Assembly (NCBI RefSeq): GCF_052425735.1
Contig: NC_135761.1
Coordinates: forward strand, 9,734,001-9,798,000
Source: Oculina patagonica
Lineage: Eukaryota
Length of the DNA: 64,000 bases
Direction of reading: 5' to 3'
In this document: in pieces, positions 23,727 to 37,468 of the stretch
Numbering within the stretch: position 1 is the first letter of the stretch
Layout of the letters: every line of letters begins with the position of its first letter
Position numbers and translations under genes: made by a program
Notes under the pieces: generated by a model
The model's input: the letters and a program-made list of their open reading frames with translations, nothing else
Databases searched by the model: none
Told to the model about the DNA's origin: nothing

Positions 23727-26700
23727 TTAATATAAGTTTAAATATCTGACCAACACTGCCGTCTAGAATTATTTCTTATCTACTTCTAACTTGTCATGTG
23801 TCTTTTGTCAAGCTAATGGATACACGGTTTTAATAATTTATAAGATATACCTCAGCAATCAAAAGGAAAAGCCAGTAAACACGAATGAACAGGCTGTAAG
23901 TTTTGAAATGTTGGTGGATACGTATTCTTCAAAGAAGTCTTAAAAATGTTAAAAGGGAAATAGTAAGTCCGATCGAGATAAACGAATTCCAGGAAAACTA
24001 ATTTAGGATAGGAGCACACATCTTTAATGGTAAACATAATCAACATGGTCACGTTTAAGCACATAAAAATATTTTAGTAGCTGAAACGATTTGCAAATTT
24101 TAAAGTTTATACAAGGAAGAAGAAAATTACTCGAAGGAGAAAACATCTTCTGATAGAAAGATTTATGAACCTACACAACTGATTAGCAGATCTAAGAATG
24201 CCTTCAAATTTTCCCTTTATGACGAGATCAGACGCCAGCATATATGTTAGTAAAGAAAGCATTTTCACAAAATATCTGACCCTGGCAGTGCTATCGAAAA
24301 CAACTTTTTATTTACTTTTTACTTCTTATTTGTTATACATGTAGCTCAATGTTCAGTCATGCCCATAAATATTATATTTAAAATATTTCAAAATATTTCA
24401 AAAGTTTGATAATGAATTTAAAATAAGAAAATTCCAAGAAAAAGATGACTGGAAAACACAGTTCTAATAAACCTTGAGCGGAATTTTAATTACCTTATGT
24501 TGTTAAAGAGAAAAGCATTTTGGCGAATAAAAAAATTAGTTCACCAACATTCGGATCAAAATATATTTCTAATTTCTTATATTAGGTTGGGCTCAAATTA
24601 TATCCCACCAGGTTATCAGGAAAAAATCAATTATTGTATAGGAAAACTTCTAGCCTCCTAGCCACCTAGTCTGCTAGTCGTAAAACTATTTTATATGCTG
24701 AATCCGGCGTGGGCGAATTCCTAGAAATGGACTCAAACTGAGAGCAGCAGTAATACGTTTTAAACAATTCTTCTAGAACCTTCGCCGAAATTTTTAATAA
24801 CTTCTGTTTCCTTGAATATATTCAAAAAGAAAAAGAATGAGGTTTTTTTATTTTAAAAAAAGTTAAAATAAAAAATTAGGCGTCAAATTTAAAATGGAGT
24901 TTCAAACATCTACATGATCGATACTGGCGAGAACTATATAATTCATTCAGAAAGAAAACACTGAGATGATTTATGGTATACACATGTATATGGCATATGT
25001 TAGCCAAACCCTGATAAAAACTGATGAAGAATAAAATAAGAAAAAATTAAAACAAGCAGTTAAAACGCACACAAATTTCCCACGAAACTAAAGTATCTAC
25101 AGGTGAAAACTATTCTATTAACACAATTTAAATCTGATGAAACTAAAATGTAGATCAATATATCACCAAATTATGTTTTATGATGATGGTATTACAAGAA
25201 CAGAAAACTGACTTATCTTTCCTGCTCAGTCATTACCACATCAATGATGTTTCGTCAGTAATCAGGCTGAAAAGCTAGAAAACAAGAATAATATAAACGC
25301 GTCCATGAAATGTTTTGGGATCCATACTCTTTAACAAAGCTTTTCTAATGCAAAATAAGAAGCTGATTCCGAGATATCAGCAATTCGAAGAAAAACTTAC
25401 AATTTAAGCGTAAGGTCGAAATTCTTATTAACTTGTTTTTTCGTAAAGCTCTGGGAATAAAAGAAACATCTTGGGCATATAAAGAGTCTCTAAAATGATT
25501 AACAATATTAAAATCGCATGTAAGAAGAAAAATGAATTGCTGGAAGAACAAATCTTCTGTTAAAAATTATTCATGAACCTATACAGCCCATAAACAGGCC
25601 TAAACATGCCATAAAACGTAAGTGTAGCACCACGACAGCAACTTAATGTTACAACAGAAAGTTCTTAAAAAATCTAAAAGATGAGTTCCAACCGGCTGCC
25701 AAACTTGAATACTATAACAAAAATATGCTATCGAGAAGCATTTCAGCAGTACTCTGTCTAAGGTCTATTTCTTTTTGTTTCTGAGGGATCATGTTACTAT
25801 AATCTGACAACTTATCACCACAACAAACTTACAAGATGAATCTTACCAAAAGCGGGCTTGTGCAGGATTGTAGTTCTCTAAACTCCTTTGTTAGTTCTGC
25901 GAAATGTCTGCAACTGTCATCAACCCTTCGGAAAAATAAGCACGCACGAGTTTATTGGCGAATGGAACTGATTATTTCAATCGAATTAATCAGCGAACCC
26001 GAAAGTTATCAAAACCAAATGTGAAGGCTTGTTTAGTTTTTACTTGTGAGATTGTTGGAGACACGACAATGTTTCTTGGAATCTGAAAAGTCTTCCAATG
26101 TTACAAGCCCTGTGGGGCGAAAATTTTCCCCAAAACAAAACGTTGCTTGGACACTGGTCTGTATGAAACATTAAAATAAATAAAAACTTTCACACAATCT
26201 ATAATATGTAACAAGGGTCAAAAACGTTAAAATAAAATACAGTATTATCAAAATGCTAGTCTACCGTAAGCATTTAAGCTGCAAGAAATGAAAATATTAC
26301 TTCACATTAGGGTTGTTGGAAACATGTTTTCTTATACATTTATTAATCGTGAATGACTATGAGTTCGTGCCCAACAACCAGTAGGGCAAACATTCTCCGC
26401 GAGACAAAACGTTTGCTTGGAAACTGGAAATTTTCCATAGACAATAATAGACGCATTTTGTCTAGCTGATTAATTAAAATAAACAAACACTTGCATTATA
26501 CAAAAGATTTACTAAAGCATAAAAATGCAAAAATGCAAAAATGCGTATTCAAGACGCCATTATCAAGCCTGAGTAACAATTAAAATGCAATGTGTTTAAA
26601 TATCGGTTTCAAAGTCTCTAGATTTGCATAACAACAACCATAAAGATTCCCTAGACAAATACTTTCGCCCGGACAGAGTCAGCTTGCACGTTGAAGTTCG

Positions 26701-28399
26701 GCTAAAGCTTGCTAATAAAAAGCACCTCTTCGATGTGAAATGCAGTCCAAGTTTTAATGTGCTATAACTTGAATGCTATCAAGGATATGCAATCGAGAAG
26801 AATTTCAGCAGCATTGAGCATTCTGTCCAGGATAAATTTCGTCTCCTTATCTAAGGGCTCATGTTTTAATATTAAAACTTACCAGCACAACAAAGTTCAG
26901 TGTTCTTACCAAAAGCGGACTTGCATAGAGTTGTAGTTCTCTAAACTTCTTTGTTAGTCCTTTTAAATGTCTGGAAACTATCGTCAACCTTTCCGAAGAA
27001 ACAGCATGTGAGTTTATTGGTTAATGCATACTGCTGCATTTTATGGGTCAGTCAAACGGTTATCAAAGATACATCGGGCTAAATGGTTGTGGATACTCGA
27101 ACTTCAAACACTCTCAGCAATTTGAAATAAGTCAACTCCAAGAATTATGGCCGCAAGTTGTGGTAGTCACAGCTTTATCAATATTTTAAAAGATTATTGA
27201 GAGCTTTGAGCCGAATTTTAATTACTTCCAAAATAAGGTGCTGAATCCACTTTCAGAACATTTCAGGAAAATAACTTAAATTGAAACAAATAGTTTTAAT
27301 AATCCAAAACATTCTTTAGACGTTTCGGACGAATTTTGGTCACTTTCTATCCGCCACTTGAACTCACAGTAAAAAAAAACTTCTTAGGTGAATAAAAAGT
27401 TCCTCAAGTTGCAAAGTAGAATAAAAAATAAATGGGTATCAGAAAATAAGATCTGCTAGTAGAAACTATTCTTGAACCTAAACAGTAGACTATCGGGCTT
27501 AAAAATCTCATAAAACTAAAATATAGCGCATAACAGTTCAATAAAACTGAAAACCTGTTAACAAAAATGCCTGGCACAACTTGAACAGCGTTACAGATTT
27601 ACTTAAGCAGCATTCTGTTTGAACTATATCCCTTTTCAGGGTTTCGGCTGAGGGCTCATGTTATAATCTAACAAGTTATCAGCACAAACATTTTTCAATA
27701 TTCTTACCTAAAGCAGGCTTACGCAGGGCTTGAGCCTATCTCTCAACGTAGGTTTGCGGTGTTAAACGACTAGTTCTAGCAACTAATAAGTTTGCAACTA
27801 TTATCAACCCTTCTGAAAAACAAATCACGTGATATTATAGGCCAATCAATACTGCTGGAATATATATTGTCCATTATATTATAGGGAACACCCTTCAGTG
27901 TAGTTTTTACACTTTGTAAAAATAGATTTTATGCCGTTATGCTGGCCAATCAGTAGCCTGCGAACGCAGAAGTATTTCCAGCTGTCACTAATCAGGTAGA
28001 AAATGCTTTTTATTATAGAAAATGTAGGTTAAAGGTAGAGAATTTTGGGAATAGCTTCGAACTAAGTTGTTACAGATAGGTCAATATAAGATACTGAATC
28101 CGAGATGAGCAAATTCCCAGAAGAGGAACTCAAGCTGAGGGCAGCTGTTATAATTAAAGAGTTTTTCTAGAATCTTCGCCGACACTTTGAATACCTCCTC
28201 TGTTAACAAAAAGTGTTCATCAAGGAAAGGAATCATAACTTTTTATTCTTTTAATATAAAATAAGAACTAATATGGGGATGCGAGGAGACAACTGAGATT
28301 ACGGTACATCGAATTTTGTAAACATCTACTGGCTCAATACTGGTGAAAACTATTCATTCTTACATTCTATGGAGATGATCAGTATGGTGTACACATGTA

Positions 28400-28912
28400 C
28401 CGTATTTACTCGAATAAGTGCCGCATTTAGGGCCAAAAAGTTAATAAGCGCCGCCCCGAATGAGCGCCGCAGTCCCGACAACCTCGTTCCCAGGGTCTCT
28501 CTCTGGAACAAGGTCTGGAGCAACATCGGGACTGCTCTGGATCAGTCCCGATGCGGCGTTTTTTTTAGGAATTCTGTTAAACTAAAAACAGCACAACAAA
28601 GCCACTCTAAAACAAACTAAGACATTTCTTTCCATCACAAGCGTTGTTTTTCAGTTCAAAGTGATTGTTTTTCTGCTCTCCCATTAGTTTTTCTATCCAA
28701 CATTCTTACAATACGTAGTTCTGTAAATGCTGTAAAGGCCGCGAACTTTGCTAGGACAGCTAGCGCTACTTCTCTCTTCAGCAAGAGACGAAGACTGACA
28801 GTCAAAAAACGCAATTTTTAATTACTGTAATGAAATCCTTTGTGGCGTCCAAATTTTAAATAAGCGCCGCACTTGAGGAGCGAAAAATTTGCGCTTATTT
28901 GAGTAAGTACGG
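28400..28912. mobile_element. MITE, TA TSD (Tc1/mariner/pogo-type)
   Basis: TA|ccgtatttactcgaataag ... cttatttgagtaagtacgg|TA. Confidence 0.8.
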
Positions 28913-30570
28913 TACATGACATTTGCAACCCAAGACATGTTACGTGTTGGTAGAGAATAATTCAAGAAAAAAAAATTGAAACGTAGAAAACCTTTTGATG
29001 AAAACTAAAATAAAAGAGTCTTATTCTTGTGAAAACAGTTTATAATTATCGAGTCTATTTAAACACGCTTTAAATCTGATGAAACTAAATTTAGTTCTAA
29101 TTATCACCGAAATGTTGTTTTATTTTATGTTGTATTTCTGAAGAGTTTTGTACCTCAATGCTTAAAGGTAGTAAACAAGGATATATAAACAGGTCAAAAT
29201 ATTGGAATGATTGTGGCCTGGCTCAGGGGAGAAGAAAGTCGGCACTTTTATTTGACGGCATAGCGGTGCCTGGAAACAGGGCAAGCCTGTGTCAATCAAG
29301 CCGTTGCTACGAAAGACGTCACCCAAAGTTTGTTTTTCTCAGAAAGATTTAAATATCAATGACTGTATGCGTGTGAAATGCGAATAGTGGCGGTTTTTGC
29401 GTTTGATGTTTCACGCAGCTGAGATCAGTGTTTTGCATTTTCATCCAGATTTCTCACCTGATGTTTCACGTCACTGAGAATGTTTTGGTGGCGTGGAATA
29501 ACAAGAGAAAATTTGTCACTGTTGACATTTATAATTAACAACCAAAAATGGTAAATCATTTCAAATTAAGGAGCAAACAAAATGCAAATAGCTACTGTAT
29601 TGTGTTTTGAGCACGGTCAAGACCAAAACATGCGAACTAAACAATAAACTTTGTCAAGCTATTCACTACGCTCTTTGCAACCATTCGATAGCTACTGCGC
29701 ACGCTCGGTTGCCCGGCACCGCTATGAAATGATTGACAATGAAACAAAAAATTTGGGGCAAGTAAAAAATGCTTTAAATAAAATATGTAGAAATATTTTA
29801 TGCCGCGATGCTAACTCTAGATCATCCTTTAAGGGCAATCTTCAATATGGAGGTCAGAGAATTGACATGACTAGCAAAGATCAGTGTAACACAGCATAGA
29901 CACTATACAATTTAATCATAAACAATAAAGTTACAAATGGCAGTAAAAGATGTACAAGTAATGCTTTTCAACAGCCACGACATCTGCAATCAGGTTAATT
30001 GTTCACTCTGTAGTCTATGATTTGGAATTATTACAGTATCGGGGTCGTGCGAAAGGTTGTAGACTCAACTCTCAACGGGGAATCGGACTTTTAGTCCTAT
30101 ACCTTTGCAAAACTTTTTTAAACTTTCTTAAATTTCTTACTAATGCTGTTCATATTAAAGAAAAACAGGGAGTTGTTACTTCAAAAGGGCGGTACCCCAG
30201 TGGCTTTACACCGCAGTTTATTATCTACTTACAGACTAACTAATTTCAAAACGTTCGTGTACTGGAAAACCAGTAAACGTTCGACCTAAATGTCCTGGTT
30301 CAACGGTTCCAAGACATCGTTCAAAACAGTGGTAAAATTATCTCCTAGGTGAAATAGTGGTAAAATAAATATCAAACAAGAGTAGTAGATAAGTTCTCCT
30401 TGTATGTTTGTTACTTTATTGTTTCTTAAATTATGACTTAGTCCATAATTGAGCGCCTCCGTTTTGGGTTACTAATACTTTGTAATAAATTCCGACTTGC
30501 TTGTAAGTCAATTTTTGTTAATGCCAATGTTTTTTCCATTTAGTTAACTGTCATTAAAAACTATTCCTTT

Positions 30571-32538
30571 TTATTCCTTGATTCTTTCTTCAAAAATCGC
30601 TGCAAGCTCCTCATTAAAAAACCTCAAAACTTCCTCGTTTGTAACTGTCATAAAGTCCACCTCATCTCGGAGTTTCTTCGAAACGTTCTTTCCGATCTTC
30701 TCGAGATCACTCCTCTTGAGCCAATCCCACAACATTTCTTTCGATGCCTCATGTGCTTTCTCCATGCCCTCTTTGGCTATTCTCATCTGTTCCTCTCTCA
30801 GAAGATTCATTACTCTTGTATAAGGAATTGCCAATGAGGGCTCCATTCCATTCCTAGCTTTGGCAAAGAAAACAAGCGCCGATGCAAAGAAGTCTTCATC
30901 AAAGGAAATATCTTTAACTTCCTCCTTCACGAATAATTGGAACTCGTCCTCACTCTTTCTCTGGTCGTTGCGTTCATTAGTTTGTAGAAGCCACAGTTTA
31001 CACAGAGTTCTTGAAAGCGTAGATTGGTAAGCATACAAAGACACATTTACCAACTTTTCTATCTTTTGGCGCTCCGCAGGCGAGATTCTTTGTAAATCTG
31101 CTATAACGTCTTTGCACTTGCCAACAAAAACTGAGTGGAGAGAGCTTAGCAGCTGTCTGTGATCTTCACTGGAGATATTTCTGTCTTGCATCTTTAGGAG
31201 ATGGTCCCCCAATAGCAAACCAAGACCTTGAAGATATGAGTTTGACTGATAAGTCAGAGACTGAAGGCGTTTCAGTAAATTCACCGTCTTTGGCAAAATT
31301 TTTCTTCTCACTTCAGCGACAATGGTAGCGGCTTCATTCATTTTGGATGGATCTTCATATTCCAGAGTGTTGCTCCGTGGAATGAAGAAATGGGGCAGCC
31401 GATGTGCCTGCAAACACTCTTGGAGACGATCCAAAATCAACAGAAGACAGTTAGCGGAGTTATCCTCTCTCCAAAAATCTGCCTGTTTCCTCTCGCTTTC
31501 CCAAAAGAGCAAGTGCTTCAAGCAGTACGTTGATATCACCTTCGGAAAGTAACATTTCTTAATCATTTTCAACAAAACCATGACATGTCGTTGCACTGAA
31601 GACACACTCTCGCCAAGTTTATTTTCGGCCACTGAAAAGGACGTTTTCCATTCTGTGTTGTCCATCGTCATTTTTCCTTCTTTGCATTCCTCCTGTAGAC
31701 CTGCGGAACTAGCACCTGACAGCTCCGGATTTTGGCAATAACTGAGCAAATCAACGGGATCACCAATACGCTTTCCTCTGCCAACCGGGGCCAAATGACA
31801 ACCAGCGTCAAATATTTCCTGGACAAGTTCGGGTGAGGGCCAACCACTTGGCCTCGGTCGGACCAACCATTCCATAGCAGGTTCTGGCCACGCTATTGGA
31901 TATTTGAAAACGCCTGTCTGATCTTCCTCGTAACTTGGAAAACCTCCGGACTCAAGTTTACGCACAGGACCGTGGAGATCGTATGACCACGAACCCTTTT
32001 CGCCATCAAATTGATTTGATTCAAGGCCAGCCATGGAATGATATTCATCCGCTGAAGGAAGCAAAAAAGAATGGTGCAGATAGGAAACGTTCTTGTAACG
32101 CGGTCGATGATCTTTCCATTCTTTGGTCAGCCTGAGCTTTGCATACTTTGGGTCGTCCTCGATATGTTCAACAGTGAATATGGGTATCAGTTTCTTTTCA
32201 CTATTTTCAACAAAAGAATCATTAGCTTCCATCCTATCAAGATCAGGCTGCCAATGTTCAAGCACACTGCCACGAAAATCAACCACACTACCGCGTTCAA
32301 CATCAGTTTTTCGAAGGAAAAACTGAGGGATACAAAATCCTTCAACTCGACTTCCAGCCACTATGGTTGCTTCCGATGGACTGACGAGAGATTCTTGATC
32401 TTCCCGCTGTGCTTCGTTCCATGTTTGCCACCCAAACCAATCTGCGTACACATATTCTACAGGAAACATGCAGTTGATCAGCGCAGAAAACGGCTGAACC
32501 CATATGTTTGACGTTTCATCAAAGCCTTGCGGGTGATT
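30571..32538 (-). CDS. cGLR C, main exon (Mab-21/cGAS-like NTase)
   Basis: Starts at ttttctacag| in phase 0 (NHPQGFDETS...). Motifs AGSRVEG, PDLDRM, EEDQT, GCHLAPVG, EWKTSFSVAE, ISTYCLK and LPHFFIP. Confidence 0.93.
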   Translation of the reverse strand, partial: NHPQGFDETSNIWVQPFSALINCMFPVEYVYADWFGWQTWNEAQREDQESLVSPSEATIVAGSRVEGFCIPQFFLRKTDVERGSVVDFRGSVLEHWQPDLDRMEANDSFVENSEKKLIPIFTVEHIEDDPKYAKLRLTKEWKDHRPRYKNVSYLHHSFLLPSADEYHSMAGLESNQFDGEKGSWSYDLHGPVRKLESGGFPSYEEDQTGVFKYPIAWPEPAMEWLVRPRPSGWPSPELVQEIFDAGCHLAPVGRGKRIGDPVDLLSYCQNPELSGASSAGLQEECKEGKMTMDNTEWKTSFSVAENKLGESVSSVQRHVMVLLKMIKKCYFPKVISTYCLKHLLFWESERKQADFWREDNSANCLLLILDRLQECLQAHRLPHFFIPRSNTLEYEDPSKMNEAATIVAEVRRKILPKTVNLLKRLQSLTYQSNSYLQGLGLLLGDHLLKMQDRNISSEDHRQLLSSLHSVFVGKCKDVIADLQRISPAERQKIEKLVNVSLYAYQSTLSRTLCKLWLLQTNERNDQRKSEDEFQLFVKEEVKDISFDEDFFASALVFFAKARNGMEPSLAIPYTRVMNLLREEQMRIAKEGMEKAHEASKEMLWDWLKRSDLEKIGKNVSKKLRDEVDFMTVTNEEVLRFFNEELAAIFEERIKE

Positions 32539-33097
32539 CTGTAGAAAAGAAGGCAATATGGTTGCGTTACACTCAGAGGGTCACACGATCTTTTCTTCCT
32601 AACCAGGACGTGCGCCTTACTTGTATCTAACTGGAAAAATGTTACTCTACAACTCAAAAAGATAAAACCAACTAATAAAGCTAAAGCTATCAAGAAAAAA
32701 AAAACTCCAAAACCTTATATAAGAACGCTAGCTAATTCTGAACACATTTGTCATGAAGTTACAGGGTAACTGTTTATGTAATGCAATTTTACACAATTCT
32801 GAGCTACCTTAGATTTATGGATACAAACCCTTTTTAATAAAGTGTTGGTAAAGTTCAGTTCCCAAGTTAGCCTTATATTCGAAAACTAATTAATGCTCAT
32901 TGTTCAAAATTAAATAGTTACACAAAAAACACACATTTAAATTAAGGATGTTGTGGCTATTATCCTTTTTGCTGTCAAGGTTCAATTCAGATTAAAAGTC
33001 AGATTTTCAGTTTTATCTGGATCAGACACAAACACAAGTACAAAGGAAAATATCAACATAACAAAGAAACACTGTGGTTTCCGCAGACGCTACATAC

Positions 33098-33115
33098 CGA
33101 TACTGCCACAACCAT
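33098..33115 (-). CDS. Putative start micro-exon of cGLR C (MVVAVS)
   Basis: 46-nt exon 33098-33143 with ttttacag| acceptor, caaaATGG start context and TCG|GTATGT phase-0 donor. Conserved in the mirror copy. Confidence 0.6.
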
Positions 33116-33797
33116 TTTGACTGCAAGTGATTAGATCTCAGGCCTGTAAAAGTAAGTTGTGATATTGTTTGCGTCAGCATTGTCAGGGATTGTAAGCTAG
33201 GATGTTTATTGTTTTCGATTTACATAGTTACGTGCAACTAGTAAATGAAACTGGCGTAGAAAGGGGAATAAGAGGAAGACTGAAACGGATTTTCTACCTT
33301 CAAAAATTAAGGCACATAATTTTTTGTGATCCGCCATTCGTGACAGTGAAAAGAAGAAGTACTTCAGGTAGAATTTAAACAGAAACTTTCCGCCACACTT
33401 GTTAATCGTCTATGTTCTTGATTTTGATCCCGATCACGAGCGTGGAGAGGGGGTGGGTTGAACGGTTTTGAACGAAGAACCTCAACGGGTTGTGTTATTT
33501 AAAGCACCTCAACTTTCAAAATAGCCGCAAGAGCATTTTCCCATACCCACTTGCAGAACTACGTACACCTTCGGCACGGCACATGTTATTACCATCGCAA
33601 AAGTAAATGTAAACCCCTACATACCCCGTGCGCCTTAATCCTGCGTGAGTTTTGTTAAGATAAATCAAATGTTCCGTGAGCTTCAACATACAAAAGTACT
33701 TTGGTTTTACCTGAACCGTAAGGTAATACTCGAGAATACACAAACCACCTATAATATAAACAGTGAAAAGAATTGTTTCTCGCTTATACAAGACCAT

Positions 33798-35028
33798 ACA
33801 CCGAATGCAAATATGGCGGACCACTCGGTTGTTGCCTGGGACGAGCTGCATGAAAGCGAGGCTAGTCAGGCTTCGGTGTTGTGTTCATTCTCGTCCCCAT
33901 AGCCCTTTCGTTTCTCTTAGCCGGCTGGGCCTTGGCACGAGGAAACAAAGGGCTCTGGGGACACAGGATTTCCAGTCCTAGATTCTAGGACTTCCGGTCT
34001 TCATGTATGCAGTCATGACGTTTCAAAAGAATGTATGAGAGAGTCGTTACATTTTCGACTTCCGTTTAGGAATTCTTTGTTCGAAACAGCCAATCAAAAA
34101 AATTCGAATTAATTCAAAAATCATATGTCCCCAGAGCCCTCCGTTTTCTCGTGCCAATCCGGCTAAGAGAATCGAAAGGGCTATGGGGACGAGAATGTGT
34201 TGTGTTTTGACAATGCTTTCGTACAGAAGTCTTGCTTATTCATCGATCTGGTGTGTTTCTTTTCGCTGCTGCTACGAGTTGCTGTGTTTCTAGAAGTGTT
34301 CACTGTTTGCCTCTAAGGGAAAAAGTGGATCAATGCAATTCGTTGAGACGAAACAAAGGAGTTCGCGATCGCCGCGGGAACTACCGGTATTGAGGTTTGT
34401 TCGCTACATTTCAGGTTCGAAGATCTTAGAAAATTTCGTTTAAATGACGAGCTTATGTGGTGTCTGGTGGTGTTGCAGCACGAGTTACATGGCCAGGACC
34501 TTTCCCAAGGTAAAGGAAAGCTCCACTTCCAAGACATCCTCTGTCTCAAAAGAAGATGTTCATGTCCGGCTTTGTTCGCGTACGATCCACTCGCACGGAA
34601 TCGCACGATCAAATACTAACCAAGTGAATAAAATTCAACGGCCCCGATAGTTAAAGCTAGTGAAAACATTGAGCCAAATAAGAAAGACTTGGAGCTAAAT
34701 GTGATCGCTTACACATTTTTCTAAGATCTTCTAACCTGAAACATAGCGAACAAATTAACAGTTCTCGCGGCGATCGTGAACTCCTTTGTACTCCTTTCTT
34801 TCGTCTCAGCGAATTGCATTGATCCAATTTTTCCCTAAGAGGCAAACAGTGAACACTTCTATCACTTCTCGTGGCATTCAGAAACACAGCAACTCATAGG
34901 AGTAGCGAAAAGAGACACACCAGAACGAAAGCATTGTCAAAACAAAACACCGAAGCCTGACTAGCCTCGCTTTTATGCAGCTCGTCCCAGGCACCAACCG
35001 AGTGATCCGCCATATTTGCATTCGGTGT
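33798..35028. mobile_element. ISL2EU-like non-autonomous element with THAP remnant, AT TSD (left arm only)
   Basis: Long TIRs acaccgaatgcaaatatggcgga. The empty site is visible in the right arm at ~47980. Degenerate KKWINAIR*...VCSLHF (THAP-like) at ~34320-34420. Confidence 0.75.
33886..34197. mobile_element. Nested MITE with 9-bp TSD
   Basis: tgttgtgtt|cattctcgtccccatagccctttcg ... cgaaagggctatggggacgagaatg|tgttgtgtt. Confidence 0.85.
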
Positions 35029-36683
35029 ATGGGTTCAATATTAACAGTCATCAAGTTGAAAACACATTACATTCTTCTCTTTCCTCCCTTTTCCTCTATC
35101 GGTGTTGTATTAATGAAGCGAAGGGAAAAAAGTGTACGCGAAAGCCAATCTGGAAATATTGGTCTCTAGAAAGTAGTCGCGTTTGCTCGGTTCGATGACA
35201 TATGATTGGAGATTTGAACTAACCAAGCAAACACGCTGCTGTTTTCAAGTTTAGCTATTTTCAAATAAGAGCAAATAAAATAACGTCTATAACTGTGTTA
35301 TAATTGTTATACATACTAATACTTATCTGAAACTAACACCGCCAAACCCGCAGACAGAACACCTTGAATAGATTCGGTACCCTTAATCACAACTGAATAC
35401 AAGACTTAAGATTAAACTAAATAAGAAATTTAGAACTTCAACCATGTTTTAAAAAGGGAATGACAGGTGTTAGTAGCATATAGGGGAAGTATAAACAGGC
35501 GAATACTTGCAATAAAGCAGATCTACATATTATTTGCGACTGCTTTTTGCAACTTTTTATAAAGCGAACTAGATTACCAAGCTGTTAATGTATTACATTC
35601 TTATATCTTACTTCAATGGAGACTTCACGCTCACTGTTGTCTAAGCTTAAATTCTTTGGTACCCCTTTCTGCAGGTTTCCGCGTTTAAGTGGATCTGATC
35701 CTTGCAGGCAATTCTCTCTTTTATTGCGGTCTTAATGATATAATGATACTGCAATAGCTTACTAATAGCACAAGCGTGCAGTTGCTTCAGCTCCTTAATT
35801 TTTTTCGTGGAGCTAAAAAAGGAAATATAAAACGTTACTCAAGAGATTATTTTTAGCAACCACTGACGCCACCCATGCAAAAGAGTCTGAAAACCAAGAC
35901 TCATTCCAGCTTTTCTCAGCGTAAATTTAAGCTTATGTCGGGAATTAAACGTTCGCTCTAAATTTACAAATTGAGCAAAGGATGACAAAGGCTACGTAGT
36001 GGAGATGAGTAGAATTATTTATTCTAGGTTTCAGCTTCCAGTTAGCGACATCAAGGCATTCAGTTTCGGAAATTTAGGAGTTTACCTTTCAGTTTTTAGT
36101 GTTACATTGTTAGCTGTTTTTTTTTCGAATTTGGCTTTGAAGGGGTTACGTTTTAGATTTCAGTTTTCAACATGTAGGTTTAAGCTGCAGTTTTCTGCAT
36201 TAAGCCACGGTTAAATTTTAGTTTTGACACGGGCGACAGCCAGGACAGCCGAAAGGGGAGAGAAGATGATAGAGATAGTCCACGTGCTGTTATCCCCGCT
36301 ATATCAACAACGGGAAATTGAAATCTACTAAGCTTCCAGTGAGCTTGTGCCGGCAACATTTATAGAACCAAACGCATTTTTTATTTAAAGAACTATCAGT
36401 TGACCTAATAACCATTCTCTGACGCATTTTAAACACAAAGAAACCACTGAAAAAGGTCTTTCGATGAAGACAGAGCAAAATAAATTAATCTAACCGCGTC
36501 CTCGATCATTTCCAGGTCTTTTAATCCTTTAAGTATGCTATCTTTATCGATATTTTCAATCATGGTACAAAACATTGTTTTTAACTCAGAAGAAACATCA
36601 AAATAATGCATAGTACCGCATAGAAAGAGCTATCACTGAGTAGTTCCGAAAGGAAATTATGTAACTATGATAATCGCAATAAA

Positions 36684-36984
36684 CCGTAAAATTCCGATTA
36701 TAAGCCCTGGGCTTATACAGCTTCGTAAGGGGTTTTGGGTGGGCTTATAAACGGAGGGGCTTATATCGGAGGGGGACAAAAGTCTTAATAAAAGCATTTA
36801 TGTTTAGCCCTGTTCAATGCTGTTATCCAGCAGTGAAGGGCTTATATCTGTGGGGGGGGGGGGGGAATTATGACCGGATATATTTTTTGTTGTTGTTTCC
36901 AGGTAGATGAGCCTATACTGACCAGGGAGGCTTCAGTAATTATAAGCGAATGGGGGGGGGGGGCTATAACCGGAATTTTACGGT
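36684..36984. mobile_element. MITE (ccgtaaaattcc TIR); mirrored at ~45496-45794
   Basis: ccgtaaaattccg ... cggaattttacgg with ataagccc/gggcttat repeats. Present in both arms. Confidence 0.75.
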
Positions 36985-37468
36985 ATGCTGCAGTTCCTGT
37001 AAGGACCTTTCTACGTTAAAATGTTTGACTACAAATAATAAAAGGAACGAATCTGGAACAAGCGTTGAATCGGGTGCAGCTCAATCCTTTAAAATTGGTT
37101 CACGCATAAAAGTTGGCTTTATATCAAATAAAATTGATGAATCATTCATTCTTTTTTTCATCAGGAAAGCTAACATACCTATTACTGATTTATGCTTAAG
37201 GCTTGTTTTCATCCTTGTACTTGCTTTGCGACCGTTTTGACCGCTTGTGACCGCTTACTTCGTGAAACGGTTACCGCAACGGTAGTTGCCTCACAGGATT
37301 ATAAACTAAGCGTAATACGCGATCATCGAGTCCATTTTATACCTTTGCCTCGTCGTGTTTTCGACACTACTGATTCTCTCGGGATTTATTAAATTTTTCC
37401 TTTCTTCAAAATTGTTCTTATTTTTCTGTTCTTACTTGTTCTTTTACTTAGCTGTCTTCAAAAATGTC

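Larger units (their letters stand above)
14170..29150. repeat. Degenerate tandem duplications of a 1-2 kb non-coding unit, interrupted by TEs
   Basis: Blocks such as gtcacagcttt, tattcttgaaccta, catgttat...atcagcacaa...cttacc and tcaacccttctgaaaa recur at ~14.2-15.8, 18.5-20.0, 24-27 and 27.1-29.1 kb. Confidence 0.7.

Noticed and set aside
36429-36611. 60-aa ORF identical in both arms (also 46398-46580)
   Set aside because: Identity is explained by the duplication; no recognisable domain or supported splice structure.
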